A DNA stretch of 32,000 bases from Candidatus Saccharimonadota bacterium (lineage in GTDB: Bacteria > Patescibacteriota > Saccharimonadia > Saccharimonadales > Saccharimonadaceae). Positions within the stretch are counted from its first letter, which is position 1. Each line of letters opens with the position of its first letter. The DNA lies in assembly GCA_020160975.1 (NCBI GenBank), contig JAIUPJ010000001.1, positions 870,001 through 902,000 of the forward strand. Reading direction: 5' to 3'. Below the pieces are notes generated by a model that worked only from the letters and a program-made list of their open reading frames with translations, did no database searches and had not been told where the DNA came from. A program made the position numbers and the translations under genes. Positions 14,395 to 22,416 of the stretch are shown here, piece by piece.

Positions 14395-15288
14395 CTAGCT
14401 GTTTCGTCGTCCGGCAACGAGCAGGTAGAGATTTCCACCCAACGCTGCACCAACGAGTGAGCCAAGAACAACTTCCCAGCCAAGGCGGCTGAACTGCTTT
14501 TCTTTACCGTCACCACGAGTGCCGGTAAAGCTGCTGTCTGTTGCTTCGGTCGCAGCAACCGCAACAGCAGGGTTAAGGGCAGCGCCCTTGACGCGAAGCA
14601 CGTGAGGAACGTCAGTAACAGAAGTAATCTTGCTGGTGTCGACTGCGCCTTGGACGCTTGCAAGCAAGCTTCCGCCAACTAGCAAACCTACCATGAGCGA
14701 GAAACCAACACCGAGTGCTTTTGCCCCTGCGCTGAGGTCGACGCGGCTGACCGCTGCAGCAAGACCAAACATGAAGATGGCCGTACCGACGAGCTCGACA
14801 CCGAGCAATGACCAGTTAAGCTGGGTGAAGTGGTCAAAGTTGAGTTTGACCGCGCCATTTGCCAACCAGTTTGTCACGATGACAGCAAGCATTGCACCGA
14901 GGAACTGAGCACCCCAGTAGAATGGCACAAGCACGGTCTTGAGCTTTCGCATAGTCCAGAGACCGAATGTGACCGCAGGGTTAACGTGTGAACCAGAGAC
15001 AGCGCCAATGGCCACGACTAGCAAGCTGAGCGTAAGGCCAACGTAGAGCGCTGAAGTTTCTTTAAATGCAAGCAAAGCAACGAGTGTCAACACAAATGTA
15101 CCGACAAGTTCTGCGAACACGATGTTAACAATGTTGTTCGGCAAAGCATTTGCCTTGACGCGAGCGGCAGACGCTGATGCTGTTCGCTCTGTGTTTGCTG
15201 ACGTGCGTACTGTGCGTACGGTTGTTTTGGCTGCGGCCGGCTTTTTGGCGGTCGCTCTTTTAGTAGAAGCGGCTTTGGTTGTAGCCAT
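14395..15288 (-). CDS. MIP-family channel (aquaporin/glycerol facilitator-like) with a basic Ala/Lys/Thr-rich N-terminal extension
   Basis: Two NPA boxes (SGSHVNPAVTFG and GAALNPAVAVA). About 50 N-terminal residues are low-complexity (MATTKAASTKRATAKKPAAAKTT...). SD aaggaggg upstream. Confidence 0.9.
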   Translation of the reverse strand: MATTKAASTKRATAKKPAAAKTTVRTVRTSANTERTASASAARVKANALPNNIVNIVFAELVGTFVLTLVALLAFKETSALYVGLTLSLLVVAIGAVSGSHVNPAVTFGLWTMRKLKTVLVPFYWGAQFLGAMLAVIVTNWLANGAVKLNFDHFTQLNWSLLGVELVGTAIFMFGLAAAVSRVDLSAGAKALGVGFSLMVGLLVGGSLLASVQGAVDTSKITSVTDVPHVLRVKGAALNPAVAVAATEATDSSFTGTRGDGKEKQFSRLGWEVVLGSLVGAALGGNLYLLVAGRRNS

Positions 15289-15373
15289 TGGTATATCCCT
15301 CCTTTACTAGAATATGCACTCAGTATAGCAGAAAAACGTTTGTGTCTATAGACGAGAAGAGAAATTAGAAACT

Positions 15374-15418
15374 AGATTCTTGACTCTAGAAAAAGAAAAA
15401 AGATTCTTGACTCTAGAA
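15374..15418. promoter_or_regulatory. Two perfect 18-bp direct repeats, agattcttgactctagaa (15374-15391 and 15401-15418)
   Basis: Read directly, with a 27-bp period. Each copy contains TTGACT. Located in the divergent intergenic region between the MIP gene and the small ORF/pheS. Confidence 0.85.
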
Positions 15419-15506
15419 TTGAGAATACAAAATGCCATACAACACTTGTGTTGCCTGTACTGTACCACCGATAATCAATACTAGCTTCTCCTGTTATACT
15501 AATAGT

Positions 15507-15770
15507 ATGGGACGATATCTCGAACAAACCGAAGGAAGAAGTGAATTGCAACAGAAAATCGCAGCTGATCTCAGGGCCAAGGCCGCGGCGCGCGCCAAAG
15601 ATGAAGGCGCAAGCGGCGAAACCGAAGGGAGGCCTGTTGTTGATGGCGTCGAGGACTCGATGTACATAAAAGACACAAAGACTACCACAACACTGGCCCC
15701 AGTATGGGCAGTGATTGCTTTTGCGGCGGTTGGTGTATTTATCTATTTTGTCTATCAAGTCAGCCGCTAA
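15507..15770 (+). CDS. Small protein with a C-terminal TM anchor (87 aa)
   Basis: Internal Met 26 of the track ORF (MGRYLEQTEGR...). TATACT (15495-15500) lies 6 nt upstream. C-terminal APVWAVIAFAAVGVFIYFVY. Confidence 0.5.
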   Translation: MGRYLEQTEGRSELQQKIAADLRAKAAARAKDEGASGETEGRPVVDGVEDSMYIKDTKTTTTLAPVWAVIAFAAVGVFIYFVYQVSR

Positions 15771-15776
15771 CACTGA

Positions 15777-15782
15777 TATAAT
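15777..15782 (+). promoter_or_regulatory. -10 box TATAAT, 8 nt upstream of the pheS ATG 15791
   Basis: ctgaTATAATggtcaataATG. Confidence 0.4.
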
Positions 15783-15790
15783 GGTCAATA

Positions 15791-16831
15791 ATGAATATTG
15801 ACGAACTGACCTCTGCGTTGACTGAGCGCGTAGCGCAATCTGATAATCCGGCTGAAGTGCTGAGAGCACCGGAATTTCGTGAGCTCTATGCACAAATTCC
15901 CCAGCAGGAACCAGAAGAGCGGGCATCGTTTGGACAGCGGGTGAACGCGATGAAGCAAGCAGTTGAAGCAGCGGTCGAGGCCAGAAAAGCCGAGTTAAGT
16001 TCGGTAGATGTATGTCCGCTCGACATAACAGCGCCGATGGATGTCAATGCGTCAGCGCCAAAATTCCTGTCAGCCGAACAGGGTACGATCCACCCGCTGA
16101 TGGCCGAGATGCAGACGCTCAGCGAAATCTTTGGCCGTATGGGATTTGTGACAGAAGACTCGCGCGAAATTGATGATCAGTATCACATGTTTGAGACGCT
16201 GAACTTCCCGAAAGGTCACCCGGCGCGTGATGACTACGACACGTTCATGACGGTTGAGACCGATGCCGATGGCGATCCGCTGATTGCTCCGGCGCACACC
16301 AGTACGATGCAGAATCGCATCTTGAAAAAATATCGTGAAAATCTAGAGCGCGGTGAAGCGATTGCGGCAGTAGTCCCAGACCGTGTTTTCCGCAACGAAG
16401 ATCTGGATGCGCGTCATGAGCACACGTTCTACCAGTTCGAAGGCATTTATGTCGCTAAGGGTGTACACGCCGGTATGCTGATCGCGACGCTGCAAAAGTT
16501 TCTTGAAGAATATTACGGCAAGAAACTCGACGTGCGGGTGAATCCATTCTATTTCCCATTTACTGAGCCAAGCTTCGAATTTTCGCTCAGCTGCCCCTTC
16601 TGTGAAGGTACAGACAAGGACTGTAAGGTCTGTGGTGGCGAAGGCTGGATTGAGCTACTTGGCTGCGGTATGATTCATCCGAATGTACTGAAGGCTGCCG
16701 ATATCGACCCAAATATCTACACTGGGTTTGCTTGGGGCGGCGGTATTGACCGCCTGGTGATGATGAAATACGGTATCGAGGATGTGCGACATTTTCAAAG
16801 TGCGAAACTAGATTTTTTGGAGCAATTTTAG
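15791..16831 (+). CDS. pheS: Phenylalanine--tRNA ligase alpha subunit
   Basis: Class II motifs: HPARDDYDTF, FRNEDLDARHEHTFYQFEG, GWIELLGCGMIHPNVL, GFAWGGGIDRLVM. Confidence 0.95.
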   Translation: MNIDELTSALTERVAQSDNPAEVLRAPEFRELYAQIPQQEPEERASFGQRVNAMKQAVEAAVEARKAELSSVDVCPLDITAPMDVNASAPKFLSAEQGTIHPLMAEMQTLSEIFGRMGFVTEDSREIDDQYHMFETLNFPKGHPARDDYDTFMTVETDADGDPLIAPAHTSTMQNRILKKYRENLERGEAIAAVVPDRVFRNEDLDARHEHTFYQFEGIYVAKGVHAGMLIATLQKFLEEYYGKKLDVRVNPFYFPFTEPSFEFSLSCPFCEGTDKDCKVCGGEGWIELLGCGMIHPNVLKAADIDPNIYTGFAWGGGIDRLVMMKYGIEDVRHFQSAKLDFLEQF

Positions 16832-16832
16832 G

Positions 16833-17162
16833 ATGAGTAGTAGTGTAAAAATTGTCACCTATGTGCCAACTGAGGCTGCTGACGCAGTGCGCGAAGCGAT
16901 GGGCAGGGCAGGCGCAGGAAAGATTGGAAATTATCATTTCTGTAGTTTTTCTTCTAGGGGCGAAGGGCGATTCTTGCCAGTTGATGGTGCGAATCCAACG
17001 AGTGGCGAAGTCGGTAGGTTGAGCGTGGAGCCAGAAGAACGGATTGAAGTTGTATGCGGCCGTTCTGATGCAAAAGCAGTTATCGCTGCAATTCGTGAGG
17101 CACATCCGTACGAGGAAGTTGCGTTTGATATTTACGAGCTATTAGATGAGGATACATTATGA
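16833..17162 (+). CDS. Stand-alone PII-fold protein resembling the insert domain of NIF3/YqfO proteins (COG3323-like)
   Basis: KIVTYVPTEAADAVREAMGRAGAGKIGNYHFCSFSSRGEGRFLP..GANP..GEVG..EERIEVV..IREAHPYEEVAFDIYEL matches the NIF3-insert pattern as I recall it. Confidence 0.65.
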   Translation: MSSSVKIVTYVPTEAADAVREAMGRAGAGKIGNYHFCSFSSRGEGRFLPVDGANPTSGEVGRLSVEPEERIEVVCGRSDAKAVIAAIREAHPYEEVAFDIYELLDEDTL

Positions 17163-17578
17163 ATCCATTAGTGCAGAAGGCAAAAGAGTTGCTTGAGGCA
17201 CGATTTATGCCCCCTTATCATACGGTGGCTGCAGTGATTGTTACGAGTGACGGTAGCGAATATTCTGGTATCAATATCGACCACTTTAGTGGCTACTTGT
17301 GTGCTGAGGCATCAGCACTTGCAGCGGCTATCAATGACGGAAAAATGGCATTTGATTCAGTTGTTGCTGTTGGACAAAATGAAAATAATGAGTTTGATGT
17401 CATCAATCCCTGTGGTAAATGCCGGCAGCTGCTGCATGATTTTGCTCCAGGCATAAAAGTGTTAGTGAAAGAAAATGACGTCGAATCTACGCTAGGAATC
17501 AATGAGCTATTACCGCATAGCTTCAAGCGTCGACAGGAAAAAATCAGACGAGCACGGCGAGGAGAAGATGTTATATGA
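17159..17578 (+). CDS. cdd: Cytidine / blasticidin-S deaminase family (homotetrameric type)
   Basis: Zinc motifs CAE (LCAEASAL) and PCGKCRQ. ATGA overlaps at both ends (17159-17162 and 17575-17578). Confidence 0.8.
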   Translation: MNPLVQKAKELLEARFMPPYHTVAAVIVTSDGSEYSGINIDHFSGYLCAEASALAAAINDGKMAFDSVVAVGQNENNEFDVINPCGKCRQLLHDFAPGIKVLVKENDVESTLGINELLPHSFKRRQEKIRRARRGEDVI

Positions 17579-20091
17579 AAGTTAGTTTAAACACAATCAA
17601 ACAATTTATCGACTTTGAATTGCCGCCAGTCGATGAGCTGGTGAAGCGAATTAATGAGCAGCTTGGTGGAGTTGAAGAAGTTGTTGATCTGAGTGAAAAG
17701 TACAAAGATGCGAAAATTGTGCGCGTAGTTGAATGTGAAAAGCATCCCGATGCTGATCGACTTTCTGTTTGCAAAGTCGACGTCGGCTCTGGTGAGCTAG
17801 TGCAAGTCGTCTGTGGTGCGCCAAATGTCCACGCAGATATGTGGGCGATATGGCTACCACCGGAGTCAACGGTACCAAGTAGCTATGGCACCAATGAGCC
17901 CTTTGTATTGGGGGCACGTGAGCTGCGTGGTGTGATGAGCAACGGTATGCTTGCGGCGGGCGACGAGCTGGGCATCAACGGTGACCATGACGGCATCATC
18001 GAAATTACCGAAAAAGATTTGCTCCTCGGTATTAAGCTAAAAGCCGGCGCTAGTTTTGCAGAGACTTTCGGCCTGGATGACACTACGATCGATATCGAAA
18101 ACAAGATGTTTACCCACCGTCCTGATTTATTCGGGCAGCTGGGTGTCGCGCGTGAAATCGCCGGAATATTCGGCCATCAATTCACCAGTCCAGAGTGGTA
18201 TAGAAAAGTAGAATATGGAATAGAGAATGCTGAAAATAGCGACATGCTGCCTCTTGAAGTATTTAATGATGCCTCAGAAAAAGCTCCGAGATTCATGGCC
18301 GTCGCCATAAAAGATGTCACAGTTGGTCCAAGCCCTCTGTGGTTGCAGTGTGAGCTAGTGCGTCTCGGTGGTAAATCGATCAACAACATTGTCGACATCA
18401 CGAACTATGTCATGCTCCTGACCTCGCAACCGACGCATGCCTATGATTACGACAAGTTGCGCGGACACAAGCTGGGTGTGCGTATGGCGCATGATGGCGA
18501 AAAAGCCACACTACTCAACGACAAAACGTATGAACTAACTTCTGATGATATCGTGATTGTCGACGCCGAAGGGCCAGTCGGTCTCGCCGGCATCATGGGT
18601 GGCTCCAACAGCGAAGTTTCGCCTGAGACAAAAAATATTGTGCTAGAAGTTGCGAACTTTGATATGTACGCAGTGCGCAAAAGTAGCATGCGACATGGGT
18701 TATTTACCGATGCCCTAACGCGCTTTAACAAAGGCCAATCGCCGTTGCAAAACCCAATTGTGATGAGCCAGCTTCAGAATTTTATCACTGGAATAGCCGG
18801 TGGCGAACAGGCAAGCGAAGTGTTTGACAAGAAAGCATTTGATGACGAGAAGGATGAAGATGTTTTGGGCGCTAAATGGCTGCCAGGCACTATCTCGGCC
18901 GATTTTATCAATCAGCGTCTTGGTCTTTCGCTGAATGACAGTGAAATTGCTCAGCTGCTTGAAAATGTAGAATTCCACGCGCACGAAATGGGCGAGATGA
19001 ACGAGATATGTTTCACCGCGCCATTTTGGCGTACTGATATTGAGCAGCCAGAGGATATTGTCGAGGAAGTCGGACGATTGTATGGGTTTGACAAACTACC
19101 CCTTGAACTACCACAGCGGAGTGTCACGCCCGCGCCACAAAACACTTCACGCATACTGAAGCGGCAAATTCGCGATAATCTCAAACATGCGGGAGCAAAC
19201 GAAGTGCTGACCTATAGTTTTGTCCACGAGAATGTGCTGAAAAAGGCTGGTCAAGATCCGACACATGCATACCGCCTCGGTAATGCCCTCAGCCCAGACC
19301 TACAGTATTATCGACTGAGCCTCTTGCCGAGTTTACTCGATAAAGTGCACATGAATATCAAGGCTGGTCATGACATGTTCGCGCTCTACGAGATCGGCAA
19401 GACTCATTTCAAGGGCGAGATGGATGCGGTTGAACCAAATGTGCCGAACGAAGATACGCATGTCGCCCTGGTCGTGACGGCAAATGAAAAAGCGGCTCAG
19501 CCCGGTGCGGCATTTTATCTGGCAAAAAAATACCTCCATGGGTTGATTGGCTTTGCGACAATTGAACTCAAAAAAATGACTGAGTTTGACATGGCAAGTG
19601 ATGTATGGGGTGCGCAACTCTCTGCACCATACGAGCCCAAGCGTTCGGCAGTGCTAGTGCATGATGGTAAAATTTGGGGCGTTGTCGGCGAATTCCGTAC
19701 GGGTGTCAGACAGGGCTTCAAGTTGCCGGCGTATAGCGCGGGATTTGAAGTACACCTGGATCTTCTGGCGCAGAATTTTGCGCAGTACACTCCACTCAGC
19801 CGTTTCCCGTCGAATTCACAAGATATCTCGTTGCGATCAAACAACAAAGTGTCGTACCGGGATATCTACGGCGTCACTATCGCCGCACTAGAAGAGGCAG
19901 GCGCAGACTTGCAGACGAAAGTTGAGCCCATCAGCATCTATCAATCGAGCACTGACAGCAGCACGAAGACGACGACGTTTCGTATCACCTTTACTCACTA
20001 TGACAAAACACTGACCGATGACGATATCAAGCCGCTGATGGATCATGTGGCGGGGGTGGCGCTGAGCCGGCTGTCTGCGGAGCGTACATAG
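17575..20091 (+). CDS. pheT: Phenylalanine--tRNA ligase beta subunit
   Basis: N-terminal tRNA-binding OB fold (KHPDADRLSVCKVDVG..VQVVCGAPN), B3/4 (TNYVMLLTSQPTHAYD), B5, and a C-terminal ferredoxin-fold anticodon-binding domain. Confidence 0.95.
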   Translation: MKVSLNTIKQFIDFELPPVDELVKRINEQLGGVEEVVDLSEKYKDAKIVRVVECEKHPDADRLSVCKVDVGSGELVQVVCGAPNVHADMWAIWLPPESTVPSSYGTNEPFVLGARELRGVMSNGMLAAGDELGINGDHDGIIEITEKDLLLGIKLKAGASFAETFGLDDTTIDIENKMFTHRPDLFGQLGVAREIAGIFGHQFTSPEWYRKVEYGIENAENSDMLPLEVFNDASEKAPRFMAVAIKDVTVGPSPLWLQCELVRLGGKSINNIVDITNYVMLLTSQPTHAYDYDKLRGHKLGVRMAHDGEKATLLNDKTYELTSDDIVIVDAEGPVGLAGIMGGSNSEVSPETKNIVLEVANFDMYAVRKSSMRHGLFTDALTRFNKGQSPLQNPIVMSQLQNFITGIAGGEQASEVFDKKAFDDEKDEDVLGAKWLPGTISADFINQRLGLSLNDSEIAQLLENVEFHAHEMGEMNEICFTAPFWRTDIEQPEDIVEEVGRLYGFDKLPLELPQRSVTPAPQNTSRILKRQIRDNLKHAGANEVLTYSFVHENVLKKAGQDPTHAYRLGNALSPDLQYYRLSLLPSLLDKVHMNIKAGHDMFALYEIGKTHFKGEMDAVEPNVPNEDTHVALVVTANEKAAQPGAAFYLAKKYLHGLIGFATIELKKMTEFDMASDVWGAQLSAPYEPKRSAVLVHDGKIWGVVGEFRTGVRQGFKLPAYSAGFEVHLDLLAQNFAQYTPLSRFPSNSQDISLRSNNKVSYRDIYGVTIAALEEAGADLQTKVEPISIYQSSTDSSTKTTTFRITFTHYDKTLTDDDIKPLMDHVAGVALSRLSAERT

Positions 20092-20105
20092 TATACACTA
20101 GCTGT

Positions 20106-21371
20106 ATGAATACGCTAAAAAAGTTTCGTTTTGCACTGAGTTCATATACTGATGAGCGCGAACACAAAGTCGGGCGATTCTTTCAGAAACTACGAGAACA
20201 TCATTCGCGTATCCTCGTGCGAACGAAACTGATGGATCTGATGCAAGATAACATCGCGGTGATCAATCTTTGGACGGAGTACCGTTACAAAGGCTATGTA
20301 TATCTCAAAAAGTCAGAGCGCAAAAGGTTGTATAAGAACCTCGAATGTATCGCCAAAGATTTCGAGGCATTTAAAACAACGCACCGAGCCGATGACGAAC
20401 AGTCACGAAAAAAGATTGCGGGTATAAGCAGCGCGCAGCCTGAGATAACCCGTGTGGTGCTTCTTGCGACAATCATGGAGTATCTTAGCCCGAGGCGTGG
20501 AGTTTACCAGTACCGCGCGTCAAGTTCGTTCGGACGATTACTGCGCGATCCTGCTACTGAAACATTAATCGGTGACTGCAACCAAATCGTCACGTTATAT
20601 ATTTACCTGTACTCACGTTATTTTGCAGTTAGTGATTTGAAGTTGCGGCTGCTACCCGAGCATGTCGCGCTGCATTTTCAAGGTATCGACATCGAGGCAA
20701 CGACGGGTGAGTTTGCGAATTATCAGAACACAAAATATGCCGCACTCCAGCCAATAGAAGAGATCGTGAGCATCAACTTGCTCGATATCACCGACGAATA
20801 TTTTGCCAAAAACGACGTCTCACCAAAAGAGTTTTTGCAAGCGTCACGCTTTGCAGCTGTTCTCAGTCACGACCGTGATATCGTCACGAAGAATCTCGAA
20901 GTTACCTACACTAGACTCGTGAATGCAGCGATGAAACGTGATGATTACAAGGGCGCGCTGACACTTGCGCACCAGAGCCGAGATATGCAGCTCATTTCGG
21001 TTGTCGGGCACAACGGTGCACTATATTTTATGAAGCAGCATGAATTTAAAACGTCGCGAAAATTTGCGCATCACGCCTTGAAGCGAGCTGAGCTTGTTCG
21101 CGACAGCTACCGCGCAGAAGGAAAATACCTGTACGACGAGCATCGTTACCACGAAGCTATCAAAGCATTTGAGCGATACGGCAATCGTGAGCTGGTGGCG
21201 AAATGTTACGAAGCGCTGTTTTTTGAAGAGCAGAATAAACTCGGCAGTACCCTCACGATCGAGAGTATTCAGCATCACAAAAGTGCGATAAAAACGATGC
21301 ACGGTTATGCAAAAAAGTCCGGTAGCAAACAGCTGATTCAGCACGTAGACTCACTCGTAAAATATTTGTGA
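20106..21371 (+). CDS. Hypothetical protein: transglutaminase-like core (SirB1/Transglut_core2-like) plus C-terminal helical/TPR-like repeats (421 aa)
   Basis: GDCNQIVTLYIYLYSRYF...LLPEHVALHF matches the G-x-C-x3-[IL]-x2-LY...P-x-H-[FV]-x-L pattern of transglutaminase-like cysteine-fold proteins. The C-terminal half is helical (YKGALTLA, YHEAIKAFERYGN). AT-richer than its neighbours. Confidence 0.7.
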   Translation: MNTLKKFRFALSSYTDEREHKVGRFFQKLREHHSRILVRTKLMDLMQDNIAVINLWTEYRYKGYVYLKKSERKRLYKNLECIAKDFEAFKTTHRADDEQSRKKIAGISSAQPEITRVVLLATIMEYLSPRRGVYQYRASSSFGRLLRDPATETLIGDCNQIVTLYIYLYSRYFAVSDLKLRLLPEHVALHFQGIDIEATTGEFANYQNTKYAALQPIEEIVSINLLDITDEYFAKNDVSPKEFLQASRFAAVLSHDRDIVTKNLEVTYTRLVNAAMKRDDYKGALTLAHQSRDMQLISVVGHNGALYFMKQHEFKTSRKFAHHALKRAELVRDSYRAEGKYLYDEHRYHEAIKAFERYGNRELVAKCYEALFFEEQNKLGSTLTIESIQHHKSAIKTMHGYAKKSGSKQLIQHVDSLVKYL

Positions 21372-21382
21372 AGACATGACAA

Positions 21383-21443
21383 AGCCCCGCGGGGAGGCTC
21401 TGCCATCGCATGGGTGCGAGAAGTGCAGAACCAGCGCGGGGCT
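21383..21443. terminator. GC-rich structured region between convergent genes (possible terminator)
   Basis: agccccgcg (21383-21391) pairs with cgcggggct (21435-21443). Inner hairpin tcgca-tggg-tgcga. No U-run. Confidence 0.3.
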
Positions 21444-22026
21444 AGCTCTCAGGATCAACTACGATCTTGCAGATCGGAATCGGGCGGCTGGTCAGTTGCG
21501 ATGTGTCGATGCCAGGCGCGTTGAGGGCCAGCTTGACTGTTACGGACTCCACCGCGGTATCGATGTCGTAGCAGTCGTCGATCAACTCCTTGTGTTCTGG
21601 CCTCTGCTGGGTGTAGAGCCGCAGATCCATTGTGTCGAGCTCCTGGACGACGCGGGGCCGGAAGAACTTGCGCACGATGCCAAGTTTGCGAGCAAGAGCA
21701 AGGAGCCGATCTTGATCGAGCTTCTCGCCGCCACCAACCTTGCGCGACGCGATAACACCGTAGAGCAACTTGACGGACTTGTCGGTGAAGACAGTCGTCC
21801 GGTTTTCCTCGATGATCTTGCGGATCTGGGCGATGGTGTCAGCGATGTCGCGACCGGCACTGGTGAGATCGGGTTCGTACTTCGCCTTGGCGAGCGCGAT
21901 CTCCGCCTCCAGCTTGGCGTTCATGCCATTGCGGTCGTTGGTTCGAGTTGCCAGGAACTTGATGAGGCTGTTCAGCCGCTCCAGCAAGTCCTGACGGTTT
22001 TCGATAGTCTTTGGCACCATGGCCAC
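21442..22026 (-). CDS. Mu Gam-like (host-nuclease inhibitor / DNA-end-binding) protein, G+C-rich
   Basis: AGGAGG SD 5 nt upstream of the ATG. An N-terminal coiled coil is followed by KSVKLLYGVIASRK...LALARKLGIVRKFFRPR, matching the Gam-family architecture as I recall it. 39/60 and 33/60 G+C in nt 21481-21600, against 28/60 and 20/60 in the adjacent gene. Confidence 0.7.
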   Translation of the reverse strand: MAMVPKTIENRQDLLERLNSLIKFLATRTNDRNGMNAKLEAEIALAKAKYEPDLTSAGRDIADTIAQIRKIIEENRTTVFTDKSVKLLYGVIASRKVGGGEKLDQDRLLALARKLGIVRKFFRPRVVQELDTMDLRLYTQQRPEHKELIDDCYDIDTAVESVTVKLALNAPGIDTSQLTSRPIPICKIVVDPES

Positions 22027-22105
22027 CTCCTAATTGTTGAAGAGCGTTGCTATACTATATCATGTTTTGTAAAAATAAACATATAGAAACATTTAAATAT
22101 TTCGA

Positions 22106-22111
22106 TATAAT
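22106..22111 (+). promoter_or_regulatory. -10 box TATAAT, 6 nt upstream of the ArsR ATG 22118 (leaderless geometry)
   Basis: cgaTATAATatcattATG. Confidence 0.45.
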
Positions 22112-22117
22112 ATCATT

Positions 22118-22399
22118 ATGGAACAGAAACGTACCATTGAAGTACTCAAGGCTCTAGCCGATGAAACCAGAATTGGTATCGTGCGCAAGCTCGCCGCTGA
22201 GTGCAAGCCGGTGAATAGTTGTGATATTGTGCAGTCGTGCGTTTCGCGAGCATCGTTGTCGCAGCCCGCTATGAGCCATCATTTTGGCAAACTAGTGGAT
22301 GCCGGCGTGATCGTGGAGCACAAGGCCGGCACAAGCAAGCAGTACATGCTGAACACAGCGTACCTGGCTTCAATGGGTGTGGATGCAACAAAACTATAG
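22118..22399 (+). CDS. ArsR/SmtB-family transcriptional regulator
   Basis: LKALADETRIGIVRKL ... LSQPAMSHHFGKLVDAGVI is a winged-HTH ArsR signature. Confidence 0.85.
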   Translation: MEQKRTIEVLKALADETRIGIVRKLAAECKPVNSCDIVQSCVSRASLSQPAMSHHFGKLVDAGVIVEHKAGTSKQYMLNTAYLASMGVDATKL

Positions 22400-22416
22400 T
22401 AAATAACGGAGGGAAT

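Noticed and set aside
16587-17105. 172-aa minus-strand ORF spanning the pheS 3' end and the COG3323-like gene
   Set aside because: It overlaps two well-supported plus-strand genes, and its translation has no recognisable features.
21376-22086. 236-aa plus-strand ORF overlapping the Gam-like gene
   Set aside because: It is a shadow ORF of a G+C-rich gene, with no SD and a low-complexity Arg/Leu/Asp-rich translation. The minus-strand ORF has AGGAGG at ideal spacing and a recognisable family-like architecture.
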